Positions 13,685 through 26,440 of a stretch of DNA of 64,000 bases are shown piece after piece; within the stretch, counting starts at the first letter, position 1, and every line of letters begins with the position of its first letter. Source of the stretch: Octopus vulgaris. Taxonomy: Eukaryota. The position numbers and the translations under genes were made by a program. The notes under the pieces are model-generated. The model searched no databases, was not told the DNA's origin, and saw only the letters and a list, made by a program, of their open reading frames with translations. Where the stretch lies: contig OX597816.1 of NCBI GenBank assembly GCA_951406725.2, positions 134,416,001 to 134,480,000 of the forward strand, given 5' to 3'.

Positions 13685-14275
13685 ATTACATCATCATTAT
13701 CATCTTTTAACTTCTATTGTCCATGTTATCATGGGTTGGATGGTGTGACCAGAGCTGGTAACCTGGTGTGGCTGCACCAGACCCCAGTCTGATTTGGGAT
13801 GGTTTCTACAGCTAGATGCCCTTCCTAATGCCAACCACTTTACAAAGTGTACTGAATGCTTTTATGTGGCACTGCACAGGCACTTGTACATGGCTCTTTT
13901 ATGAGGCATTGCACAGATACTTTTATGTGGTGCCACATGGGTGCTTTATGTGGCACTGCTATGGGTGCTTTTATGTGACTCTGCCACAAGTGCTTTACAC
14001 CACCAGAAGGATCGGTTTTAACACTTCTGCTGTGGGGTTGGATCTTCTTGAGTATAGCCAGGGGCCAGGTATCTCAGTCCTTTGTCATCTCACCTGAAAG
14101 GTTCAGCTTCCTGAGGTTGTTCTTCAGTACTTCATCCCACGTCTTCCTGAGTCTCCCATTTCCATGTGTTCCATCCACTTTGAGAGATCAGTACCTCTTT
14201 ATGGAGCTGCCGGCATCCATCCACATCACATGACCAAACCAGAGCAGTCTTCTCTCTACACAACAACACAAGTTG
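13685..14275 (-). mobile_element. RTE 3' end (C-terminal coding part + 3'UTR tail)
   Basis: Reverse complement of the WFGHV / GR.RKTWDEV region and the shared tail. Confidence 0.8.
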
Positions 14276-14710
14276 TTCTTGCTACAACATAAAGTGACTT
14301 ATCCTGCTTTTATAAATGACAGGAATAATATTACTGGCATGAAGAATAGAACAGCCTGATATTTGTGAAACTGGTACATTGCTTCAGCTAACAGCATCAT
14401 TTCATTAAATATCAAAGCTTAGCTCTGGTATGGTTGTATTTTATATATTGAAACATTGGCAATAAAATTGAGGGTGTCTTTCAAAATGCCAATATTTGTT
14501 ACAGATGAGAATGGCTGGATATCTAAGTAAACTGATGAAAATCAGTCACCTGTAAATTTTGGACTTCGTGATGTAGTGCATAGTTTAATGTTTATTGATT
14601 TGATGACATTTTCATTTTATAGTTTTAAGATATTTTCATTTATTGTGTTATTATTTTCATCTGTTCTTTAACCATATCTCAAGTTCAGTTATATTTAATT
14701 TTTATTTTAG

Positions 14711-14844
14711 ACAGATCATTGCTATCTAAACCAGCTAACTTGCGAAATGTTGACGCGTCATGGGCAAAGAAGCGTAATCTTTCAATTGATGTTTATGACA
14801 ACCAAGTGTGTGATCACAAGAAGTTAACACAAAGACCAAAGACT
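14711..14844 (+). CDS. Coiled-coil protein gene, exon g
   Basis: attttag|AC AGA TCA...ACT|gtaaga; RSLLSKPANLRNVDASWAKK...QRPKT. Confidence 0.75.
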
Positions 14845-15030
14845 GTAAGAAAAGTTATTTTAGCAATATTTTTTTTCATTTATTTATCTTTTATTCATTT
14901 TCAGTACTTAGTCTCTTTTTTCTTCTTCCTTTTTTAGTTTGATATTTATTCTATCGGTTTCTTTTGCTAAACTGCTAAGTTACGAGGATGTAAACAAGTC
15001 AACAGCTGTTGTCAAGTGATGGTGGGAACA

Positions 15031-15063
<33 letters not shown>

Positions 15064-15278
15064 GTACTTACATACATGCATACAACAGGTTTCTATTGGC
15101 TTCTATCTATCAAATCTACTCACAAGGCTTTGATCAGCCCAGGGTTATAGTAGAAGACACCCATGATGTCACACAGTAGGACTGAATCCAGAACCATGAG
15201 GGTGGAAAGCAAATTTCTTACCTACCACTCCTAGTATAGTAATACAGAATGTAAATAAGTGATATGTACTCCTAGCAT

Positions 15279-15615
15279 AGTGAAGGTGCATGGTTCAGTG
15301 GTTAGAGCATCGGGCTCACAATCATGATGTAGTGAGTTCAATTTCCAGATCAGGCTTTGTATTGTGCTTTTGAGCAAGACACTTTATTTCACATTGTTCC
15401 AGTTCACTCAGCTCTAAAAATGAGTTGCGACATCACTGGTGCCAAGCTGTATCAGCCTTCGCCTTTCCTTTGGATAAAATTGGTGGTTTGGAGAGGGGAG
15501 GCTGGTATGCATGGGCAACTGCTGGTCTTCCATACACAACCTTGCCTGCACTTGTGCCTCAGAGGGGAACTTTCTAAGTGCAATCCCATAGTCATTTATG
15601 ACCAAAGGGGCACTT
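15279..15615 (+). mobile_element. SINE family B
   Basis: Homologous to 48240-48578; TSD TACTCCTAGCAT. Confidence 0.9.
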
Positions 15616-15657
15616 TACTCCTAGCATGTATAATAAGGTTCTCATATAAATTTCTGT

Positions 15658-16028
15658 GTTTTATCTTTTATTTGTTTCAGTCATTAGCTTGTGACCATGC
15701 TGGAGCAATGCCTTGAGGAATTTTTAATCAAATGAATCAACCTCAGTATTTCTTTTCTTTTTTTTTGTTTTGTTAAACCTGATACTTATTCTATTGGCCT
15801 CTTTTGCTGAACCACTAAGTTACCAGGATGTAAACACACTAATGCTAGTTGTCAAGCATGGACAAAGATATACACACACATATACAATGGGCTTCTTTCA
15901 ATTTCCATCTACAAATTTACTCATAAAGCTTTGATTGGACACTTGCACAAGGTGCCATACAGTTGAACTGAACCTGGAACCATGTGGTTGGGAAGCAAGC
16001 TTCTTACCACACAACCAAGCCTGCACCT
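15658..16028 (-). mobile_element. SINE family A
   Basis: Homology to 37635-38033; another partial copy at ~14935-15226. Confidence 0.85.
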
Positions 16029-16445
16029 GTACACTGATAAAAATTTAAAATAGTATTTGCTTCTTAACTATATTATCACATGAATTGGTTTTTATACCTT
16101 TTCATAAAGCAATTGAATTTATATTGTTGTTTAGCGCCAGGTAAGTCCTGACCAAGGAGACCAATCATCAAAAGGATTCCAACTATACTCATATTCTTTT
16201 GCATATAAGGGGCTACATTGTCCATTATTTCCTTTATTTAAAACAGCAATGTGTGATTTGAAGGAGACTGGCTGCTATTTCCAGCAAGTTAAAAGACTTT
16301 CTAGAGGTTTTTACTTAAGCTCATTTGAATTGTTTTGTTAGTAATTTTACAACTAGGTGCCTTTCCAGTATGAACTTGTAGTGGCAATTATATATACGGT
16401 TTACATATTTACAATTAAGTAGATAGAAATAACTACAGTGGTATC

Positions 16446-18155
16446 AAATTATTGGATCAGGTGATGAAAGTTACAGAGAGGGTCAGAGCTCAACTAATTA
16501 GGAAGAGAGTCTAGATGAGATGCAGTTCAGTTTTGTGTCAGGCAGAAGCACTACTGATACTATATTTCTGGTGAAGCAACTTTTGTACTTGACTTTTATT
16601 AACTTGGAGAAAGTCTTTGACAGGGTCCCCCAATCTCTTATCTGATGGTCATTGCAGAAACTGGAAATAAATGAGTGGCTGTAAGAGCTGTACAAGCTCT
16701 GTACTGGGACGCTGTCAGTAAGGTGAAGTTTGGCAATGAGTATAGTGAAGAATTCCGAGTAGAAGTAGGGGTTCACCAAGGATCAGTCCTCAGCCCCCTC
16801 TTATTCATTGTAGTCCTCCAGGCAATAACAGAGGAATTCAAGACAGGCTGCCTCTGGGAACTCCTCTATGCTGATGACCTTGCTCTAATAGCCAAGTCAC
16901 TGCCAGAATTGGAGACGAACTTTAGGGTGTGGAAGCAAGGTCTAGAATCGAAGGGCCTTAGGGTTAACCTAACCAAAAGCAAAGTCTTAGTAAGTAGGAA
17001 GGCTGTCAAATCACAACACCCTTCAGGTAGATGGCCCTACTCGATCTGTAGAAAAGGTGTGGATAGAAACTCCATACGATGTACTCAGTGTAAGCTATGG
17101 ACACATAAGAGGTGCAGCAATATCAAAGGAAGGTTAAACGGGAAAATAGTTTTTGTGTGTGGCAGATGCACTGGGGCAATAAACACTGAAGATGTACAGA
17201 AAACATCGCAACTAAAGGGCTTTCACTCAGGGTGAAAGATAGACTGTATGATGCATATGTGCAAACTGCTATGCTAAACAGCAGTGAAACATGGGCCGTG
17301 AATGCTGAGGACATGCGTAGGCTTAAAAGAAATCAAGCTTTTTTGATCCACTGAGTGTAAGCACCCTGAGAGAAAAGTTGGGCATAAGAAGCATCAAATG
17401 TGGTGTGCAAGAAAGGTGACTGCGCTGGTATGGCCATGTGTTACATATGAATGAAAGCAGCTGTGTGAGGATGTGCCACTCCCTCACTGTAGAAGGAACC
17501 TGTAGAAGAGGTAGACCCAGGAAGACATGGGATGAGGTGGTGAAGCATGACCTTCAAACATTGGGCCTCACAGAGGCAATGACAGGAGACCAAGACCTTT
17601 GGAGATATGCTGTGATTGAGAAGACCCAGCAACTAAAGTGAGATGGCAGCCACACATGTCCAGCCCTGTTAAAAATACTCCTGGTGCATCAGGCGATATG
17701 ATATGCTTGAGAAGACCTGTTGAGTCAAGTAAAACCAATATCGTAACTAGGGTCAGTGATCCCTGGCTGGCTCCTGTGCCGTTGGCACATAAAAAGTACC
17801 ATCCAAATGTGTTCGTTGCCAGGTCCGCCTTACTGGCTCCAGTGCTTGTGGCATGTAAAAAGCACCAACCGATCGTGACCGACACCAGTACCCCTGTACT
17901 GGTGACATGTAAAAAGTACCATCCTAACATGATCATTGCCAAGCCCACCTTACTGGCTCTTGTGCTAGTAGCACGTAAAAAGCACCCACTACACTCTTGG
18001 AGTTGTTGGTATTAGGAAGGGCATCCAGCTGTAGAAACTCTACCAGACCAGATTGGAGCCTGGTGCAGCCACTGGCTCTTCAGACCTCAGTCAAACCATC
18101 CAACCCATGCCAGCATGGAAAACGGATGTTAATTGATGATGATGATGACGACGAC
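16446..18155 (+). mobile_element. RTE-clade LINE fragment (RT domain to 3' tail), same family as 1250-2790
   Basis: GVHQGSVLSPLLF, LLYADDL, GLRVN..KSK, Cys/His cluster, WYGHV, GRPRKTW; tail ...CATGCCAGCATGGAAAACGGATGTTAA(TGA)n. Confidence 0.93.
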
Positions 18156-18573
18156 AATGAAGATGTAGACGAAGAAGGAGAAGAAGAAGGAGAAGGAGAA
18201 GAAGAAGAAGAAGAAGAAGAAGAGTGTAAGCTGTCTAATTTAAGGATATTAATCACTGCAATTAACATAGTTTATCCTTACATCCATTGTGCCAGCAGTT
18301 CAAAATCTTAATCACTTCTAAAGAATAAAATTCACATAATTATAAACCTTAACATTATTGATCTGTCACATCTACACATGACTTTAGTTTTATATATGAG
18401 AAGAAAATCGTATTGTGTGGCTTTAATATCCTTATCAAGGATCAATGTAATATAAAATTAATAGTTACATTCAGCAATTAGCTTGATAGGGACTTATCTT
18501 TGTTGTTATAATATTATTGTTATTTATATGTATGTATATATATATATCATTACTGTATTGATGTTATAGCTAT

Positions 18574-18801
18574 TTAACCATTTAGCATTCAAATAATTCT
18601 GTTTAATGTAATGCTTATTTATTCACATCGTTTTGAATTAATCATGAATTACTTCGTACTTTTGAGATATTGATGATGTGGTAGTTTACTTTTAGAATGC
18701 CATTGTAGAGTAGATGTGAGGCGCCAGATTTGGTCAGCTTGCATATAAAGCAGGTAGAATATTTTGGCCATATATGACCAGTTTAAATGCTAATCGGTTA
18801 A
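18574..18801. mobile_element. piggyBac-like MITE (~225 bp)
   Basis: TTAA-CCATTTAGCATT...AATGCTAATCGG-TTAA; related copies at ~24820-25042 and 25297-25515. Confidence 0.75.
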
Positions 18802-19177
18802 CCATTTCATTGCAAAATTAAATTTCATGTTTATTCCAGTAATGATGTTAAACATCTACCAAAAAATAGAATTTATATTTTTTGCAAGCCATATTGCTTC
18901 AGTAAACTTGACATATATCAACAGAAAATAGTTTCAATCTTGACATTCTTTAACAAAAGATAGATTGGTATATAAAATTGGTTTCTGCTGTTAAGAGTAA
19001 TGAAATTTGTAGTAAATATATCTGCTTTCTGCATTCCAAACTGATATTTTAAATCTCAATTTTATTTTATTTTCTGTGTACAATTTTTATAACATCAAAG
19101 AAAAAAGTGGTTTATTTTGATGTATGAATGTTTACCTTCTTTAGAAGTACTTTTTTCAGTTTATTTTTCTCTTTCAG

Positions 19178-19267
19178 GTATGTGGACGTTTTTCATCCAG
19201 TGCTCTAGGCCAGAGTACTCAAGAAGATATTTATGAACTCTCAGAGATTATTGATTCTGATGTTTAA
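19178..19267 (+). CDS. Coiled-coil protein gene, terminal coding exon
   Basis: tttttctctttcag|GTA TGT GGA...GTT TAA; VCGRFSSSALGQSTQEDIYELSEIIDSDV*; AATAAA signals follow near 19387-19432. Confidence 0.75.
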   Translation, partial: VCGRFSSSALGQSTQEDIYELSEIIDSDV

Positions 19268-19475
19268 CAATGCTATTTATATTATCCTTATTTTTCATTG
19301 ATAGCTGTAGCAAATATCTATCTTATTTGCATGTTTCAATGGATCTGAAATATTACTTGACTTCTTAAAATAGGATAGAACATGAAATAAAGTTAATAAT
19401 AGTTAAATGCATAGATTATCTTACAAAATAAAAGTTAAATATCTAGGTTATCTTACAGAAAAAAACATTGTCTGA

Positions 19476-20316
19476 AATCAACATCGTATAATTTTAAACA
19501 AACATTGAATACTATTTTAAAATTACTTGAATGAGTTTTCTATCCTTTTAAATTAATTTCCATTTTGATAGGATTTCATTTTATTAGTTTTGAAGCCTAA
19601 CAATAGCTTTTATTCATTTAGATTTTATTTTTCAGTTTCTATAAGTTATCACTTTTTGCTCTTATCTCTAGTTTCTTCTTATCTATTTCCAAAGCATGTT
19701 CTTCAATAACTTTTAGCAACAATTTCCTGGTTATTTATGTCATTAATAGATTTACCTTCATCACTTGCCACCAATTTCATTGACATCTTCCTGCCTTACT
19801 GTAAATACAATTATATTTGCTAACACTTTCATAACTGACAGTTACTAATGGTATGTCTACCATCCTTAAACTGACTGTTGTTAGTAAAGAGTGTTAATAA
19901 GCTAAACTACAAGCAAATTATTATCAATGATAATGAAATAAATTTTAATGAAAATTCATTAGTAACTGTCAGTTATGAAAGTGTTAGCAAATATAATTGT
20001 ATTTACAGTAAGGCAGGAAGATGTCAATGAAATTGGTGGCAAGTGATGAAGGTAAATCTATTAATGACATAAATAACCAGGAAATAGTTGCTAAAAATTA
20101 TTGAAGAAGGTGCTTTGGAAATAGCTAAGAAGTAAGAAACTAAAAATAAAAGTAAAAGGTGATAACTTATAGAAACTGAAAAATAAAATCTAAATGAATA
20201 AAAGCTATTGTTAAGCTTCAAAACTGATAATGGAAATTATTTTAAAGGATAGAAAACTCATTCAAGTAATTTTAAAATACTATTTAATTTTTGTTTAAAA
20301 TTACACACTGTTGATT
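19476..20316. repeat. Long inverted repeat between the convergent gene ends
   Basis: Arms 19476-19850 and 19957-20316; 19722-19850 / 19957-20085 is a perfect 129-bp match. Confidence 0.95.
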
Positions 20317-21165
20317 TAAAATAGGATAGGTCATGAAATAGAGTTAATGATACTTGAAGTAGATGCTTTTATGTTATCTAATACTGTGACTCAGTTTACA
20401 AATTTTGTCCATCCCTGGAATATATGAAATAAGTACCAGCAATATACTATGGTGGAAATCCTCAAGTGTAATGTAGAAGGGTCCTTATGATTAGTCAAAA
20501 TAATCACTATAATTTGAGGAGCTGATGATGTTACTATATGTTTTGTAGCAGCAACTTCACAGCTGGCCATTCATATATAATTTCAACATGCAAGAAATCA
20601 TATCACTTTTGGACCATTTACACTAATATTCTACTAGAAACTAGTGCAATGAAATACTCCTAAATACCTTAGAAAAACTATATCAGTTCTTTGCTCACAC
20701 AAACTATACTAGTTATTGGAAACATGTATAAATATAAAATCTTTATTCTTAAATTGATGCTTCTATTTTAAATTCATAAAATTAAATAAAACATTTCCTA
20801 ATGTTTAATCTAAGATTGAATGAAGAATACATTAATTGGATGGAAACTCAAAAAGACTTATTTGGCACTTCATTAGGTGTATACTCATTTTTGCTTGTGT
20901 GTCATTCAGGTCATTTGAGTTTGCCTCTTTATTTTAATAAAATTATTTCCAGTAAAACCAGAGAATTTGTTCATCTTTCTAAAATTATAATTTTAAAGTT
21001 ATGTAAACATGTCTTTTTCTTTAATTTAATGGGGTTTTTTTTTTGGGGGGGGGGTATGGTGATGACACAATATGTAATGAAACTTACCTATAGATAAAAT
21101 AGTGTTTCAACAATATAAGAGGAAATACATTAAGATGTGTTGTTATATGTGAATACTTTAAATAA

Positions 21166-21734
21166 TCACCATTTCAGCTTAACCTTCACTTCATTTCTTT
21201 GTTCATCTTGTCTTGGTTTCAAAACTCTTTTGTTACTTTTAGTGTACATTTTCCACTTAAGAAATAATTGTTGTACATGTGAAAGAATAAGCTTCTCTGT
21301 ATTCTGTCTCTGCAGTTGCTTTTCAAAAGCTTCTGATACAGGTCTTTTCATCCTTGATAGTTGAATATTAGAAATACCAATTCTGTTTTTATCTTCTTTT
21401 TGTTGTTTAGATGTTTGATTATTAGGTAAAGTTTGTTTCTTCACTGGGGTGACAGTTTTCTGTTTACGGAGGTCAAGTAACATAGATTCATCTTGTAATT
21501 TTAGCAGAAAATATTTAAAAATAGAACTCGAATCAGTTATTGGACAGCGGTGAGCATACAGTAATAACCTAAAATAGGCAGCATTCTGAAAATGTTCATT
21601 GCTTTGTAACCCATTGTTGGTTTTCTTCAGAAATAAGTCTTCATGACGTTTTTCTAAGACCATAAGATGTGACGTCCGTGTTGTGATTGCAGTCTCTATA
21701 TATGTCCCTAGACCAAGACAGTGTTCTATTAAAC
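21166..21734 (-). CDS. CNBD2-like, terminal coding exon 8
   Basis: atttttag|GT TTA ATA GAA; GLIEHCLGLGTYIETA... to TGA at 21166; the eight exons sum to 1602 nt = 533 aa + stop. Confidence 0.85.
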
Positions 21735-22914
21735 CTAAAAATAAATTATTTTCAAGATTAGTTATTACTCCAACCCCATAAATGATTATGATTTTGGAAC
21801 AACATTGTAGGTGTTCCTGATACAGAATAATATTCCTCTTAGCCTTCTCCACAGCTTTTACAAAGATTTGAGCCAGCACAGTAACTAACAAAACATTTGT
21901 TAATTATACTGTACATCAGCTACTTACTTAAGTGAACAGTATCTCATTATTACGGGGAATGAACTGCAAAGAGTTATGTGCTTTGAGAAGAAACACAGTG
22001 CAGTACAGTACCTGAAATAAAATATCAACTGTTGAATTTAAGTAAAGCAACAAGACTAAGCCAGCTGTTTTCACTCTATCATTCAATGTGATAATTAGAA
22101 TATTTGAAATATACAATGTCATTTACATTATTAAGAATAACTTGATTGCCTTCAAAACTGATTTTTTTTTTTTTTTTTCCGTAAGGCCAAAACTTGTGTT
22201 TATTTAAGAAATCACTTAATATGAATAATATGATAAGAAATTTTCCTAATCCAATGTGTGTTTTGATTCTGAAAAATATATTTTATTAAAAATAAACAGA
22301 AGAATTAACTAGGATATCAATAAGAATAAAACATTTCCATGACTTTAAAAAAATGATTATGTCTGTTTTTTAAAATACATTTTCTATTTTGAAATTTTAG
22401 TTTAGGTTTTTTTTTAATCTTTTATGTTTTCTTTTACTTGTTTCAGTCATTTGACTGTGGCCATGCTGGGGCATCACCCTGAACTGTTTAATCAAACTTA
22501 TTGACCCTAGTACTTCTTTTTAAACCTAGCACTTATTATATTGGTCTCTTTGACTAAATCATTAAGTTACAGTGAAGTAAACAAACCAACACTGATTGTC
22601 AAGCAATGGGGGTGAGAAACTCAAAGACATGCCTTGCTCATAAAGGCCAGTTTCCTGGTTTTATTGGCATTTAGGTTCCATACCTGGATGGGGCACCAAT
22701 CTGTCACAGGTGAACTGCTAGATGCAGGAGGAAAGAGTGAGAGAAAGCTGTGGCAAAAGAGTCAGCAGAAGTTCACTATTACTTTCTGCCAGAGCTGTGT
22801 GGAGCTTAGGTGTTTTGCTCATAAATACACACATCACCCAGTTTGAGATTTGAACCTGCAATCTCTCGACCACAAGTCCACTGCTCTAACCACTAGACCA
22901 TGTGCCTCCACACA

Positions 22915-22987
<73 letters not shown>

Positions 22988-23005
22988 TGTGTGTGTGTGT
23001 GTGTC

Positions 23006-23072
<67 letters not shown>

Positions 23073-23097
23073 ATGTATGTATGTATATATATATATA
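22915..23097. repeat. Compound (TA)n/(TG)n microsatellite
   Basis: Direct reading. Confidence 0.95.
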
Positions 23098-23679
23098 CAA
23101 AATAAGAAAATGGAGAAATACATCTTAATCAATAATCAACTACCAGATAATACCCAATCACATAATTTATTAAACCACTACATATGAACATTAAGGTCAA
23201 ACATAATAATATAGAACAAAACAATGTACATCAATGAGTAATAAGATACAATAAGTACAGTATGTATAAGTGAATATAAATAAATACAAATATGAATATA
23301 AACTACATCTTACAGCTGTTTTAATATAAAATGAGATAATGGACTCTCCTGTCATTAGATGACTATGAGGGTTCTGTAATTTCTTTCTGGACAACCAAAC
23401 AAATGATTTGTTTATAGTGATCAAATGCTTGTGCACACATAAGCTTACTTCCGACATCAAATTAACATTACCTGTACAGGTGCATGACATACCACATGTC
23501 AGATGGTGAAATGATCACAGAGCAATGTGTAATGAAGTGTTCTGCTCAAGAATACAACACAGCACTCAGTCAAGGAATTGAAACCACAATCTTGCAATTG
23601 TGAGTGCAACATCCTATGAGCTTCCAGACAGCTTCTGTTTACTTCTAAGCCACACAGCCATACCTGCATCTATTAATAA

Positions 23680-24790
23680 CTAGCAAATGCACCCGTCCTT
23701 CAAATTCATTATAATAATAATATAATATTATGATGGTGCACTCCTGTGGGTGGTTTAAGTTGAATTAAGTATTAAGCAACTTAGGTAATGAATAAATTTT
23801 TTTTTAACACAAATTTGGCAGTTAGTAATAAATGAAATGAGATTGCAATTTCAGTAGACATTAGGGATTCTATATCTTGAAGCATTTTGTATTGTGTACT
23901 TATTTTTCTTGTAATGCCTGACACAACAGCATTGGAGCTTTCTTTCAATGAAAATCATGTATGATAAAGAAAAGCAAACATTTATAGCAGACACACAAAT
24001 AGAATAATGGCACGTACAAAAATAAATGTCAGAGCATGCTTATGAGTGAATAGCGTGCATGAAGTAAGAAGTGTCATTGAAGGTAATGTACTGTTAAAAG
24101 CAATTAGGGAAATGAAGCAAAATATCGAAATGCTTGCAGGAAGTCTGATTGCTAATGGCTACAGTTTAGTGTAGATGTGAAAATTGCAGCAAAGGAATAA
24201 CTACTGTAGGGCTGCTTTGTAGACAACATTTTTGGTTTTTCCTTCAGGAGCATAGATGAATAATGTGTCTGGATGGCCAACTCTGGAGCAACTGACATAC
24301 AACTGTCCATGTGAAAAGCACGATGTTTGAAGGTCCAATCTGACAACTTTCAGCAACTGACTTTGTGCTTAGTTAATAGTCATGGCAAGCTGAGTTTGAT
24401 AGGGGACTGAAGTCTCTGCATAGTGTAGGAGCAGTCTGTTGGGGTTAGCAGAAGTTTTGGAATGAAAAGGGTATCGTTTTTGCTGTGTCTGCAGAAAAAT
24501 GTCATGGTACATTGAGTCTTCATATTTATTCCAAAGTGAATGTGCATCTGTCAGGTTGCAGAAAACCAGCATTATTGCCAAAAAGTGTTGGAGCTTGTGC
24601 AGAGAACGACACAGAGAGGCCTCTTTGAGTGCATCATTATATTGATCATCTATATCCAAAAGTCCCCATTTGGAGCAGGCATCTTTGAAAGTGCTGCATA
24701 AGTGGCTGTCCACACATCTTCCATCTTGTATATTATAGATTTTAATAATACATGTTTCATAATTTAATATCATGTTTTATAATTTAATAT
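23680..24790 (-). mobile_element. Helitron remnant with 3' CTAG terminus
   Basis: TFKDAC..GLL.D......L.EA (Rep-Hel linker) fused to AMTIN.AQ.Q...FSHGQLYVSCSRVG (PIF1 motifs V/VI); ends ...ACGGGTGCATTTGCTAG|T. Confidence 0.85.
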
Positions 24791-24819
24791 CATCCCTAAC
24801 AACCAGAGCATATTTTTTG

Positions 24820-25042
24820 CTGTCTAACACTGTCTGGCATTCAGATTTTTTTGTCAGTTATAAAGCTTATTTATTTACATTGTTTTGAATTAATTATACA
24901 TTATCTCATAGATTTGAGAGTTCAGTAATGTGATTGTTGCATTTTTACAGTGACATTGTAGTGTAGGTGTGAGAGATAAAATCTGGCTGGTTTAAACATA
25001 AAATATAAAATATTTGAGCTGGTTTTAATGTAAAAGGATTAA
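24820..25042. mobile_element. piggyBac-like MITE copy
   Basis: Internal homology to 18574-18801 (GCTTATTTATT.ACAT.GTTTTGAATTAAT). Confidence 0.7.
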
Positions 25043-25076
25043 ATAAAGCGGTTTCTTTGGCTTTTTTAATACTTAC

Positions 25077-25168
25077 CAATGTGTTCATTGGTGCCTAATA
25101 GACATAGCTGACGATAATTACTTCGGTTCTTTTCCATCACTTTTAGGTTTTCTTTCAAATATCTCTCT
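25077..25168 (-). CDS. CNBD2-like, coding exon 7
   Basis: tttttag|...ATT G|gtaagt; ERYLKENLKVMEKNRSNYRQLCLLGTNEHI. Confidence 0.85.
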
Positions 25169-25296
25169 CTAAAAAGACAAAAGAACTTAAGTCAAAAATT
25201 TTCAGCAGACAAGAATAATCAGTTTGACTATTTACACATTTCCACTTATTGGATAACAAGAAAACCTAATTTTAGAAATATTACTTTCAATTATTT

Positions 25297-25515
25297 CAAT
25301 CCTTTAGCATTAAGATTACTTTGTTGACTGCAATGCTTATATATTCGCATTGTTTTTGACTTAATCATGCATTATCTCATAGCTTTGAGATTTCAATGAT
25401 GTGATTTTTTATTTCTTTGGAGGATTTTGTAGAGTAGGTGTAAGAGATCAGATCTGGCCAGTTTCAAATAGGATAATTGGAGCAGGATGTTTCCAAACTA
25501 AATGCTAAAGGGTTA
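25297..25515. mobile_element. piggyBac-like MITE copy
   Basis: CCTTTAGCATT...AATGCTAAAGGG-TTAA. Confidence 0.75.
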
Positions 25516-25528
25516 AAAAAAACATGAA

Positions 25529-25830
25529 ATACTGTAAATCCTCGAGTATAATCCGCATTTTTTTCCCAAAATTTAAAGGTCGAAATCCCTAGTGCATATT
25601 ATACATGAGGTTAAAAATGAAAATTATTTTCTAAGCAATGTTCGAGTCTCTATTTGCTGTCCAGCAATGTTTATTCAGACGCAATTTGTGATGTTGGGTG
25701 CGAAAATACCTTAAATCATCCATAACTTGCAGTAAGCAACATTTATTAAACGTTATTACTGTTATTTCTTTATTTTTTGCAAACAAAATGCACAAAAAAC
25801 TCCACTTTTGATTTTAATTCACTGTCAGAT
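25529..25830. mobile_element. pogo/Tigger-like element end
   Basis: TA-CTGTAAATCCTCGAGTATAATCCGCA terminus; second TIR not seen. Confidence 0.55.
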
Positions 25831-26440
25831 TTTGCATGGTTATATGGTGCAGAGACATGGGGAATGAGAAAGGCAGAAAGGAGGTGACTAGATGTGTTTG
25901 AGATGAAATATGTTTGAGCTGAGATGGGTGGACTGGATGAGGAATGAGGAGGTGAGAAGGTAAGCAGGAATGAGAGAAAAACTAACAACCTAAATGGATT
26001 GACGAATGTTGGGGTGGTTTGGTCGCATGAAGCAGATAGCTGAGGAGTGGATAGTAAGGAGGGTGATGAAGGTAGAAGTGGTAGGCAGCAGAACCAGAAG
26101 CAGACCTCGGTTTGTGTGGATGGATGGAGTGAGGAAAGCTTTGGTGGTTAGAGGTGTTGGAGTGATAGGCAAGAGAGTTTATAAATGATAGGAAAGCTTG
26201 GAGAGTGTTTGTGGATGAATGAGTGAATATGATGTTGCTCAAAGGGATACGGAACCAGCATGATGCGGCATGAGTAAACCAGCATATGCTGTTGGGCCCC
26301 GCTACTGATATTGGGAGTTGCATTCTATACCTAGACCTGAGCATAGAACAAGGCTCGCCTCTTTGAGCTGCGAAATGAATGGAATGCCTGGTGTGTGTCT
26401 TGTTGTGGCTACACACTCCTAGAAAATGGGGAACAGGCCT
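25830..26440 (+). mobile_element. RTE-like LINE 3' fragment
   Basis: LYGAETW, DVFEM, WFGRMK, GSRTRSRPRFVWMDGV. Confidence 0.8.

Noticed and set aside
13855-13995. CRISPR-like repeat-spacer array
   Set aside because: Eukaryotic context, degenerate units without unique spacers; it is the RTE 3'UTR module.
21735-21891. N-terminal part of ORF 21166..21891 as coding
   Set aside because: Lies upstream of the splice acceptor at 21735-21736; intronic.
22834-23187. Multiple ORFs rich in CV/YI/HT dipeptides (also at 31.8, 40-41, 45-49, 54.6 and 58.4 kb)
   Set aside because: Translations of microsatellites or pLTR low-complexity DNA, not genes.
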